From positions 216,560-280,559 of the forward strand of contig JAANOX010000018.1 in NCBI GenBank assembly GCA_020184695.1: DNA of 64,000 bases, given 5' to 3'. This DNA is from Histomonas meleagridis 2922-C6/04-290x (lineage: Eukaryota; Protista; Parabasalia). Shown in pieces: positions 46,034-56,900 of this stretch. A program made the position numbers and the translations under genes. The notes beneath the pieces were generated by a model. It ran no database searches and was not told the DNA's origin. It worked only from the letters and a program-made list of their open reading frames with translations. Each line of letters starts with the position of its first letter. Within the stretch, counting starts at the first letter, position 1.

Positions 46034-47248
46034 TCATTTTTGTGGTTCCATTCTAAACTTTTCTAATGAGAAGTCGTGTAATGTATTTATTGCCGATGTC
46101 AGAATGAGTTTTGCGAAAGAGAATGGAATGGCCATTTCTATTCCGTACATAGCTGTGAAGAACCAGCCGATTCTTTCCGAGTTAGGCGGGGGATTCTTTG
46201 CGAATATTGCCAAGAAAAGTGGAAAGAAGTCATCGAAAGACATTTCGGACTGTATCACAGATTTGTGCCTTTTAGTGTCGTAAGTATTATCATGTACAAA
46301 CATTTCGCAACATTTCAAACTATGGAATACACAGTTCAATATATCGGGTGGATTAATAAAGAAGTTCAATAGCTGAAGTGTTTCTGAAGCTTCTTTCAAG
46401 TGTATGTTTGATTCAATTAATTGGTCGAATGGAATTTCATACATTTCAGGTTTAAATAAATCCGCATTAAGATTTAGACCTTTCGGAGTCGATGAGGTAA
46501 CTGTCTCACAGTTGGAGATGAAAACAGCAGAGTCCGGCTCATAGAGTAAATTGGGAAAGATGAGGTGAAGTCGCGTAAAACAAATTCTGAGGAGAACGTT
46601 ACGGATGACGTAGTATTCTTCTTCGGTTTTTGGGTGGAATTCTTCTATGGTAGTTTTAATGAATTTTTCGAGTTTAGCGAAGTTAATAAGTTGAGGCTTT
46701 CGTGATTTTATTATTTGATGTAATGTTTCTTCAATGTAATTTATGCGTGGATAAATGTACTGATTAATGAGTGCGTCAACTTCGGATTCTGGAAAATATA
46801 ATGTCTTTCGATCAATAAATTTGACGCTTTTGGCTAACTGAATTTGTAATAATTGAAAGTCAAAATCAGGATAAAAGATACCGGCACGTGAGATGTAGTT
46901 TTCAATCTGGAAGATTTTGGCTGAAAGTTTAACATGGGTTTCATTGGTTTCATATTGTTGATTAATATATTTTTTGAGTTTGGTAATCTGACATTTTGCA
47001 GATATATTATTTTCTTGACATTGTTTCATAAAGGCAACAATTTGAGAGAGTACAACAGAATAATATGAAAAAAAATTACCATTAAATTTGGAAAATTTAT
47101 ATTTAAGATGTTTCAAATATAACTTGGCGTTTTCCACTTTAGGATTTGGATCTCGAATGGGCATTTTTGGATCTGCCTTTTTTTTGATTTGAGCATGTGA
47201 ACAAATTTGGTCGAAATATTTTTGGAGTTGATTAATTTGCTTTCTCAT
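46034..47248 (-). CDS. Hypothetical protein with a VPS9-like C-terminus
   Basis: MSFDDFFPLFLAIFAKNPPPN resembles the VPS9 core; track start is TTG at 47347, first ATG at 47248; true start uncertain. Confidence 0.65.
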   Translation of the reverse strand: MRKQINQLQKYFDQICSHAQIKKKADPKMPIRDPNPKVENAKLYLKHLKYKFSKFNGNFFSYYSVVLSQIVAFMKQCQENNISAKCQITKLKKYINQQYETNETHVKLSAKIFQIENYISRAGIFYPDFDFQLLQIQLAKSVKFIDRKTLYFPESEVDALINQYIYPRINYIEETLHQIIKSRKPQLINFAKLEKFIKTTIEEFHPKTEEEYYVIRNVLLRICFTRLHLIFPNLLYEPDSAVFISNCETVTSSTPKGLNLNADLFKPEMYEIPFDQLIESNIHLKEASETLQLLNFFINPPDILNCVFHSLKCCEMFVHDNTYDTKRHKSVIQSEMSFDDFFPLFLAIFAKNPPPNSERIGWFFTAMYGIEMAIPFSFAKLILTSAINTLHDFSLEKFRMEPQK

Positions 47249-48357
47249 TTTTTTACGTGTGTGTTTCCCCTTCTTTGAGTCAGGAGGTATAATATCAACA
47301 AACTGTGTGCTGAGATTTTCAGCTTTTAATTCGCCTTTGCAAATCAAATCGAGTGTTAACGGTTATCGACTGTGCACATAATAATTTTTATAATGTATTG
47401 AAAAATTTCAATGCAAAAACGGAGAAATGAATTTGTATAGTAATTTTATGGGAAATAAGCTTTTTGTAGAAGAGATATCACAAATGTGCTTTTATAACAG
47501 CGAAGCATTCGTTTTCTAAAAGTCACTTTGGTTCCAATGAATTCATTAAACTTATCACAAGGATTTCGTTAAGAGTTTTTGTGTTGAAATATTCTCTCTA
47601 AATTGTTATAAAAATAGTTATAAATATAATCCTTGCATTTTGTTTGTATATTTTTTATTGAATAAGCTTTTTTTTAAATGTCTAACAAAATTATAAAAAG
47701 TAGAATTTCGTTATTATATAAATATCCTTAAACAATCGTTATACAATACTTTTGATCTCTTGAAAACTCAAGTGAGAAGTTTTTGTATAGTATTCGAGAA
47801 TCAAAGAATTTGGTAGAGTAAACACTCAATATCAATATATTTATTTAAAAATTTTATAAAATGATAACTCAGGCAAGTCACCTTAAAATCTAAGCATATC
47901 TCGACGATGCTAAAACACAACAGGCAAAACCGAATAGAATAAGTGCTTTACATTGACGATACACCCCGAGGAAACAAATAACCGTTTTGAATTGAAAAAT
48001 GTGAAAATAAAAAGACTATAAATTTTAATATAATATTATGCATTGCAGATACATTCTAAGCAACCTTGTTAAGGAATAGTAGATGATTATAAAATGAGAT
48101 ATTTTCATTTAAAAAGAGTTGGCCCCCTGCCAAAACGATAAAAATGCGTTTTTTTTAAGTTTTTCTGAGTTTATTTGGCTGCAGCCCAGCATGCCTCCAG
48201 ATTTGAATATAAATCGATTATTTTTTACACAAATTCTTTTTTTCCATAAGTCCAGGTATACATAGTCAAAAATGTCAACATTTTTCACCCAAAAGCCGTG
48301 GTAATTTGTTTGTTTTGATCCAAGTTTTTCAATGAGTCCGTTTGGCTTCACCTTGTT

Positions 48358-49515
48358 ATGAGTGAGCACAAAGTCGCTCTCATTACCGGTATTACCGGAC
48401 AAGATGGTGCATACCTTGCTGAATACCTTATTAGCCTTGGTTATATTGTCCATGGTATTAAAAGGAGATCATCTCTCTTCAACACTGAAAGAATTGATCA
48501 TCTTTACGAAGGCCCAGAAAAACCTAATCGTAAGTTAATTCTTCACTACGGTGATTTGACTGATTCCATGAACATCACCAAGATTATCCAAGAAGTTCAG
48601 CCAGATGAAATTTATAATCTTGCTGCCATGAGTCATGTTAAGGTTAGCTTTGACACACCAGAATACACTGCTAATGCCGATGGTATTGGTACACTCCGTA
48701 TTTTAGAAGCCATCAGACTTCTTGGCCTTACCAAGAAGACACGCTTCTATCAAGCCTCCACATCAGAGCTTTTTGGTCTTATTCAAGAGCCTGTCCAAAA
48801 TGAGCACACTCCATTCTATCCACGTTCACCATATTCATGTGCCAAATTATATGCATATTGGATCACAGTTAACTATCGTGAAGCCTACGGTATCCACGCT
48901 AGCAATGGTATTCTTTTCAACCACGAATCACCACTCCGAGGTGAAACCTTTGTTACCCGTAAGATTACACTTGCCGCGTCCAAGATCCTTATTGGTCTCC
49001 AAGAAAAGATCGAACTTGGTAATCTCTCAGCCAGCCGTGACTGGGGTCATGCCAAAGATTATGTTCGTGCCATGCATCTCATTCTTCAACAAGATAAGCC
49101 CGAAGATTTCGTTATCTCCACTGGCGTCACTACCACAGTACGTGACTTTGTCAAGCTTAGCTTTGACTATGCTGGTGTTGAAATTGAATTCGAAGGAGAA
49201 GGAATTAATGAAATCGGCAAAATCAAATCAATCGATGAAGAGAAGTTCCAAAAGGCAGTTGGCAAGGAATACTTAGAATACGCAAAGGGACTTGTCGGAA
49301 AGATTGTCGTCACTGTTAGCGAAAGATATTTCCGTCCAACAGAAGTCGATTTGTTACTTGGTGACTCATCTAAAGCAAGGAAAATGCTCGGATGGAAGCC
49401 TGAATACGACTTAAAGGGATTATGCTATGATATGATGAGCTCCGATCTCAAACTTATCAAGAAGGAGAAATATATTAAGGATGGTGGATATCACGTACCA
49501 AACAACTTCGAGTAA
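48358..49515 (+). CDS. gmd: GDP-mannose 4,6-dehydratase
   Basis: [61 protein letters not shown] and [13 protein letters not shown] motifs. Confidence 0.97.
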   Translation: MSEHKVALITGITGQDGAYLAEYLISLGYIVHGIKRRSSLFNTERIDHLYEGPEKPNRKLILHYGDLTDSMNITKIIQEVQPDEIYNLAAMSHVKVSFDTPEYTANADGIGTLRILEAIRLLGLTKKTRFYQASTSELFGLIQEPVQNEHTPFYPRSPYSCAKLYAYWITVNYREAYGIHASNGILFNHESPLRGETFVTRKITLAASKILIGLQEKIELGNLSASRDWGHAKDYVRAMHLILQQDKPEDFVISTGVTTTVRDFVKLSFDYAGVEIEFEGEGINEIGKIKSIDEEKFQKAVGKEYLEYAKGLVGKIVVTVSERYFRPTEVDLLLGDSSKARKMLGWKPEYDLKGLCYDMMSSDLKLIKKEKYIKDGGYHVPNNFE

Positions 49516-49754
49516 AAAGAGAAATCTTTTTGGGAAATTGTTTTTATTTGTTTAATTTCGATGAAGTAATTACAAATAATTAAATGATTTTATAAAGATA
49601 TATAAAATTGGACGATATCTGTTTAACAACGAAATAAAGTGAGATGTGATTGCAATTTTAAGTAAGAGTGAACATAAATGAAAATTTCTCATTCCATTTG
49701 GAAATTTGAGATATGGAGTGCCCCAATTTTTGACTATCTTTGTCAATACATTTT

Positions 49755-50303
49755 ATGCAGAACCAACTAAATAACCAAATACAGAAAATATTAAGAACAA
49801 TCAAAATTCTAAGAGAAGACTTAAACACTAGAGACTTAGAACCTTCTTACCTTGAATGGAGTAAAATCCTTGAAAAAGCACCAATTTTGGCTTACCATTT
49901 TGAAGATGCTATAGCTTCAATTAGACCAGAACTTAAACACTTTGTAGCGTATCCTACAAAGTATGAGCCAAACGCACCAAGCTTTTTAAGTTCTACAGAT
50001 ATCCCTGAATTAATTTCTGATAACGCTCTTTCAAAGCAACGTTATCAAGAACAAATCTTTGAGCATGGGTTAGGAAATGCATCACCTGCAGAACGCGAAA
50101 GTATTCTTTCTGATCAAATCTATGATCATAACATGTTCTGCGAAAAAGCATTTAATATGATTAAAAACATAATTGATGAAAGAAACCTAAACGAAAAGTT
50201 CTCTGATTTCAAACAAATACCTCGAAATAATACACGCGATTTTAGCACGCTTGAAGCCTTAATCAAAGATTCACATGGAGTTCTTCCACCAAAAACAACT
50301 TAA
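49755..50303 (+). CDS. Hypothetical protein, possibly Mediator subunit Med8-like
   Basis: WSKILEKAPILAYHF...LKHFVAYP resembles the Med8 N-terminal pattern; similarity is weak. Confidence 0.5.
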   Translation: MQNQLNNQIQKILRTIKILREDLNTRDLEPSYLEWSKILEKAPILAYHFEDAIASIRPELKHFVAYPTKYEPNAPSFLSSTDIPELISDNALSKQRYQEQIFEHGLGNASPAERESILSDQIYDHNMFCEKAFNMIKNIIDERNLNEKFSDFKQIPRNNTRDFSTLEALIKDSHGVLPPKTT

Positions 50304-50514
50304 TTATTATAAATAAACAAATAACATTGGATTATTTTTAAATTTTTCAACATTAATGAAATAATTTTTTACCAAAAAATGACGAATATATTGTACATAT
50401 ATGAGTTGAATTTGATGATGGGAAGTATGTATTTAGATATATTTTAAGTTTTTGATGAATAAAGTTTTTTTGTTTCATTAAACAAGAAAGAAATACGGGG
50501 CACCCCATTTCTAT

Positions 50515-51408
50515 ATGTGTCTTCCAGCAAAAGATGTTTTCAAACAACTTTTAGATCCTTTAAAAGAGAAATATGATGCGACGCTAAGAGTTGCTGTATC
50601 TACGTTTATAACTGCAATTAAGCGTGATGAGCATATTTTGATATCATATTCGCCAGATATAAAACAAAATTCAATTTGCCGTTTTATAGAATATATTTCT
50701 TGTGCTCTCCTTCCTTTATCAATATCAACAATCGAACTTGATGGAACAGTACGCCATAGTGGCTACAAAGAAAAGTTTTTTACAAAGCAGCCAAAATCAA
50801 ACCCATCTAAAGCTCCAAAAGAAACTTTATCTCCTTTTACTGAAAATGTTTGCATTGTTAAAAATTTCGATGAAATTGAAAATGATTCAATAATAAAGGT
50901 AATGAAAGAACTTGAATTTCCTGTGGGAGAAGGGAGTAAATCTGTTCCTATCCCTTTCCTTGTGGTTGCAATTGTTCCAGAAAGTGTTCATCTTCCAAGA
51001 AACACAATAGCTCAATTTGCATTTCATATTAATCTCAAAGAATTAAATCTAAAATTTCCAGAAATAGAATCCCCTCTTTACCAGTCGTATGATTCTCTTG
51101 TTCAGTCCACAATGATTCCAGTTTTCACACATTACGATATTACGACTTATACATCAAAGCTTATGTTAAATGTGGATTGCAAGCCAATGTTGACATCTTT
51201 TTTAGATGTAAAAACAAAGCTTTTACTAATGAAAGCAGTTGAAGATTTTGCGATCTTAAATGGACGTGATTTCATCATTCCTGATGATGTTCAATCGATA
51301 TTTTCTGTTCTAGTTTCTCATAAGTTTCTTCTCCCAGGATACACAAGTTTCGAGGCATGCGTTGCCTTTGCAAATTCCATACTTCAAGTTGTTCCAGTGC
51401 CCGTTTGA
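50515..51408 (+). CDS. MoxR/chelatase-like AAA+ protein with a degenerate P-loop
   Basis: Lid motif AILNGRDFIIPDDVQSIFSVLVSHK; EHILISYSPDIKQNS where Walker A is expected. Confidence 0.6.
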   Translation: MCLPAKDVFKQLLDPLKEKYDATLRVAVSTFITAIKRDEHILISYSPDIKQNSICRFIEYISCALLPLSISTIELDGTVRHSGYKEKFFTKQPKSNPSKAPKETLSPFTENVCIVKNFDEIENDSIIKVMKELEFPVGEGSKSVPIPFLVVAIVPESVHLPRNTIAQFAFHINLKELNLKFPEIESPLYQSYDSLVQSTMIPVFTHYDITTYTSKLMLNVDCKPMLTSFLDVKTKLLLMKAVEDFAILNGRDFIIPDDVQSIFSVLVSHKFLLPGYTSFEACVAFANSILQVVPVPV

Positions 51409-52028
51409 CGCACTTTTTAACTGGTGTACAGAAAAGTGTCATTTGAATTATAGATGAATTCTCTTTGATCAAACATATTGTTGTACCTATTATTTGACGA
51501 AAATCTTTTCATTTGTTATTATATATAAAAAACATCATGTTTAAGTTTTATTTTGACTATTTCTTTTTAACCTTTTGATGGTGCCTAAATGTTGTTTCAA
51601 ATATTTCCTAATATGATTTAGAAATACATGAATAAAATTCATAAATATTGATTCACCAATATTCAACTATTACTGTATTACCAATAAGTGATGCTTCCAG
51701 AGTGTGAATGGATAATGCTATCTGTAGGCTGATCGGATAACATCATTTCTTCATTTCTCCATAAATTTATTCGATGAGTGGTTTATATTTCCTATTATAA
51801 CTTCAAAAGTAGATTAACAGAATATTGTTGTTTTGTGATTTGAAAAACAGTTATTCCTGAATATAATAACAAAAAATGAAATGAAAATTTTTTGCCGAAT
51901 CAGTTTGATATGTTTCAAAAAGTTGCATTTGAATGCGGACATTAATGTTTTGAATATTTTAGTACATATATCGTTACATAAAACGGTTATATAATCAGGT
52001 AATGTTTTAATAACAACAAAAGTTCTGT

Positions 52029-53205
52029 TCATTTTTTCATCAATTCCACGGGCACCAGTGGCGGGCTGTACTTTTTTGGCAAATTTATAGGATTGATAGG
52101 TGTTACTGCTGGAGCTCTTGCCCTGCATACAGGTATTTTCGGCAACATTTTCGGCGCGATATTATTTTCGATCTTTCCCTTTGTCGCTGTACTTTTATTT
52201 GTTGCCGCTGGCCGAAACCGGGTTCCACCAATTGGCATATTAGAACCACTTCCAGCGTTTTTTCCAAACAATTTCATTCTGAACAGGAATTTATGCTTTT
52301 GAGCCTGCTTTGGTATTGTACCATTCTTCCATTCGTAGTTACAGTCATAAACAAATCCTTCTCTCAAAAAAAGATCATGAAACATTTTTCGATAAAGTGA
52401 ATAATCAGGTTCTTCATCGAAGTCAAGGTTACGGACAAGCTCTAAGTATTGGCAAAACTCTTTTGGAATGCCTTTGCAAAGATCACTGATTGGCGTTTTT
52501 TCTTTGACTTTAAGAATATGATCATATTGCGTCTTATATCGATTGTTGCTTTTCAGACCCATCCACGGAAGACTTCCTTTAAGAAGGTATACGAATACAT
52601 AGCCAAGTGATTCCAAATCATCTCGACGTGATTGTTCGCAACCTGAAAGAGCATGAATAGATGCATAACGCGCAGTGCCGGTAAGAGATTTTCCTTCTGT
52701 GTATGGAATATGTTGATGTGTTTTGGGATCACAATATTTCTTGGAAAGACCAAAGTCAATTAGAAACACTTGGTTCGATTTTTCATCAAGACCCATGACA
52801 AAGTTGTCGGGTTTGATGTCCCTGTGGATATATGACCTCTTATGAACAAATTCGATACTGGATATCATTTGATCTGCTAACATAAGAACTGTTTTAAGTG
52901 AAAGCTGATGATAAGTTTCATGAATTTCTTCGAGTGATTTCCCTAATAAATCTAATACCATGATGTCATTATTATTTTGTGTTCCAAACCAGTACATATT
53001 TGGAATATTTGGAGACCCTGAAAGTTCTTGATAGACCTTGGCTTCAAATTTTAATTTTGGTGAATTAACTTGGTTATCTTCAAATTTTGCTGCATATTTG
53101 CGTCCATTTGAATCTTCACAAATAAATATCTTACCAAAGCTACCAGCACCAATTTGTTGCCCAAAGCTATATTCTTTATTAAACGAAGTTTCTGAACCTT
53201 TCATT
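52029..53205 (-). CDS. Casein kinase 1 family kinase
   Basis: IGAGSFG, LLGKSLE, SLKTVLMLADQM, HRDIKPDN, LTGTARYASI and EQSRRDDLES motifs; probable ATG 53205 (alternative 53303). Confidence 0.96.
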
Positions 53206-53989
53206 TCGATTTTAAAAAATGTTATAAATATCCAAAGCCCAATTTTGAGAGCATTCAATTTTGAATTCCATTTAAACCAACCACGAAAAAATGGAACATA
53301 CATTTCTCGGCATATTCTAATTTTTTATCAAATATATCACAAAACAATATAATACTTTTATTGCTAGAAGATAATTATATGTTATTTTTGATATTATTAG
53401 TCGTTTCAGAAGAATAAAATCATTTGAATTATATAAATAACGGAATTATAAACGAATAATTCAATTTTCAGTGTTAATCGACCGAACAGAGGGCATTTAA
53501 AAACTGGAATTTTAAGCCGCCGATGATGCGCTTTTTCAATGTTTTTAACAGCCATGCCGCAGCTAACTGTACGCCGCTCATAAAAATAAAGATTTTTGAA
53601 TTTAAAAATTGAAAATGTTGATAGGAAATTGAACTAAGCCGATAGATTAATGAGCCAAAAAGCACAATTCCACTGCCCTCTAAAAAACAAATTTATTTAT
53701 ATTTAAGCATAAGTTAATATTAAAAAAATTCAACAGCATTAGTATATGAAGAATAAACTAAAATTCTTTTTCATGGAATTAATAAATCTAGAAGCATTAA
53801 TTTTTTGCCAATCATTAATAATTAATTTAGGAAAACTAACAAAAATTTGAAGTAAGAGGCTGGTTGGTTCTAGAAGTGAACTTAAAAATAAATGAAAGTA
53901 ATTTGTTGTTCAGGATCAATGAGGGATTCTCAATCTAAAACCAAAATATTGACAATGTTTGTTCAAATGCAAAATACGTTATTGAGAAA

Positions 53990-56900
53990 ATGAATGAAGA
54001 AACAAAAGATGATTCCCAGACCCAACCAGAAACAGAAGATGAAAATAATAAATCACATTTAACTCCTGATTTTTTCTACGATGATTTGGAGTTACTTGAA
54101 CAATCACCAACAAAATCACAATTTGATGATAATTATCAAATATCATATGTATATGGATTTGATTTAAATAAGCGTTACAATGCAATTCCTGTTGATGAAG
54201 ATACACTTCTTCTCTCTGCTGGTAATTTTTCTTTTTTTCTTGATATATCAAATAGTCGAGAATATATCATTAATGGTCATGACAAAGGTGTTAACTGCAT
54301 TGCAGTTCATCCTAAAGGTAAATATGTCGCAATTGGAGAAATTGGTGATAATCCTTCAATATATATTTATCAATTTCGAAATAAGAAATTATATCGTATC
54401 CTTAAAGGTGGGACTGAATCAGCATTCACAGCCCTTAACTTTTCAGCCGATGGTACCATGTTAGCATCTGTTGGTACATATCCAGATTACACATTAACCA
54501 TATGGGATTGGGAAAAGGAAACATTACTTCTTCGTTCAAAAGCTTTTTCACAAGATGTATTTCGGGTCACCTTTTCAGAGACACTTAAAGGAAATCTAAC
54601 CACCTCAGGTGTTGGCCATATTCGCTTTTGGGAGATGGCACACACATTTACAGGCCTTAAGCTTCAAGGCGAAATCGGAAAATTCGGGAACATTGAAATA
54701 TCAGATATATCAGGATATTCAATGTTTCCTGATGGTAAAGTATTAAGTGGAAGTGAGAATGGTAATCTTTTGTTATGGCAAGATTCCATTGTTAAATGTG
54801 AATTTCGACGATCTAATGGTAAGTCATGTCATAATGGGATGATTGAATCCGTCTTTCATAAAGGCCATGACATAATCACTGGTGGAAAAGACGGAGTAAT
54901 TCGAGTTTGGGACTTTTCCACCATCGATACAGCCGAAACAGATGACACCACAATACCTGTTAATTTAACCATGAAATCGAAACTTCGAATTAATGAAAAT
55001 GCATCGATTAAATGTATGCATATGTTAGGCAATGAATATTTAATTGTTGATTCTAATTCTGGCATATATAAAGCAGATTTAAGTAAGAAAGAAGTCACTA
55101 ATATCCAAAAATTCCATTCTGGATCAATTAATACTATTTCATTTTCACCAAATGAACCAATGTTTGTTACAGGTGGTGAAGATGGATATCTCCGAATATG
55201 GGACATTAATGAGAACAAAATGATCAATGAAATTAAGTTCGAATGTAGTATTACAAAAATATATTGGCCATCATTAGATATCGACATGAATGGCACCACA
55301 TTATATGTTGGGTTTAAAGATGGTTGTTTACGAGTATTATTAATCGGTAAAAATGGAATAATATTAAAACAACCATTAAAGCCTCATACTAAAGCTATAC
55401 GTGATATAGCTAAATCACCTATAACAAAAATGTTAGCGACAACAGGTGATGATGGATCTGTTTTTTTCTTTGCGATCGAAAGCGAATTAGTACCATTAGG
55501 ATTCACATATATAAATGGTAAGAAACCGAATACTAAAGAAGAGATTACACAAGCAGCAATCACTGGAATACCGATTAAAGATGATAAAGAATATTCGAAA
55601 GGTATACGAATTAGATGGAGTGATGTCGTTAGTATTGAATGTAGTGATGGTACTATAGCATCAGTATCACCTCCTTCTTTAATACCGAATGATAATAATG
55701 AATCTTATTATTTAGATATACCAATAGAAATATTACAAAATGGAAAAATCGACGAAGATATTACATCATTTTGTATGAGAGATGAAGGTGACGTAATCGG
55801 TAAAAAAGATGGATGTATAGTATTCGATAATTATAGTAAGAAAATTCATTCTTCTGCAATTACTGCTATTGCATTTTCAAACGATGATATTTGGTTAGTG
55901 ACTGGTTCTTCGAATGGAGAATTATTTTTGTTTAAAAGATCTCAAATTAAAACTCGAATTTTCACGCCATTAAATCTAAAAGATATTAATATGGAATTAA
56001 TACCTAAAGTGAATGATATTAAAAAAGATGATTATTCAATAGAAGAAGAAAAACAAAAATCGGAATTAGATAAAAGAATTCAAGAAGCAGAAAAGAAGAA
56101 GGAATTAATCAAACAAAAAATCGAAGAGAAACGAAAAGAATTTAATAGTATTGTCGAAGAAAATAATAAAGCGCCGAATTATATGAAACTTGGATTAGAA
56201 TCATTTAAGATAGATCCATTTATGTATGATATTCAAGAAAAGAAATCGAAAGAACTTGAAAAAGATGCATCGAATTCGACAATGTGGGAAGCAGAGAAAA
56301 GTCGTGTTTCATTAAATAAAGTTAAAGAACGACTTTTACGTAATATTGAAGAAGAATCATTTAAAGTATCGACAATTAATGGGGAAATATCTGTTGAATC
56401 ATTTCGTATTATCAAATTAGATTCCGAAGTTATTGACTTAATCCAAACAGAAAGTAATACCAACACAAGTATTCAATCTGATATCGAATCATCTACAAAT
56501 GAAACTTCATTAATTGATTCATCAGAAAAATCGATTACTGAGAAAACGGATTTAATATCAATTTCAACACTTGATAATAATACTATTAGAAACAAACGGA
56601 AAACTTTTAGTCGATTAAAACCAATGAAAAATATTGTCCATACACCAAATGAACATTTAAAAATGCGGCAAAAACGTGACGAACGGAAAAAGGCTATAAT
56701 GGATATGAAGCCACCATTAAATTATTCAGATCCAGATGATTTACGTGCGATTGAGATCGCAAAGAATACTATAGGTGATTATAAACTAAAAGATGATTCT
56801 GAATATATTGCACCAGAAGAAGAAAGAATTAATGCGACTAAAAAACGTAAACAAATTATGCGAATACAAAACGCAATTCAAGATTTGAAATTAAATTTCA

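Noticed and set aside
48109-48453. 114-aa antisense ORF overlapping the gmd start
   Set aside because: No motif; it overlaps the gmd promoter and 5' end.
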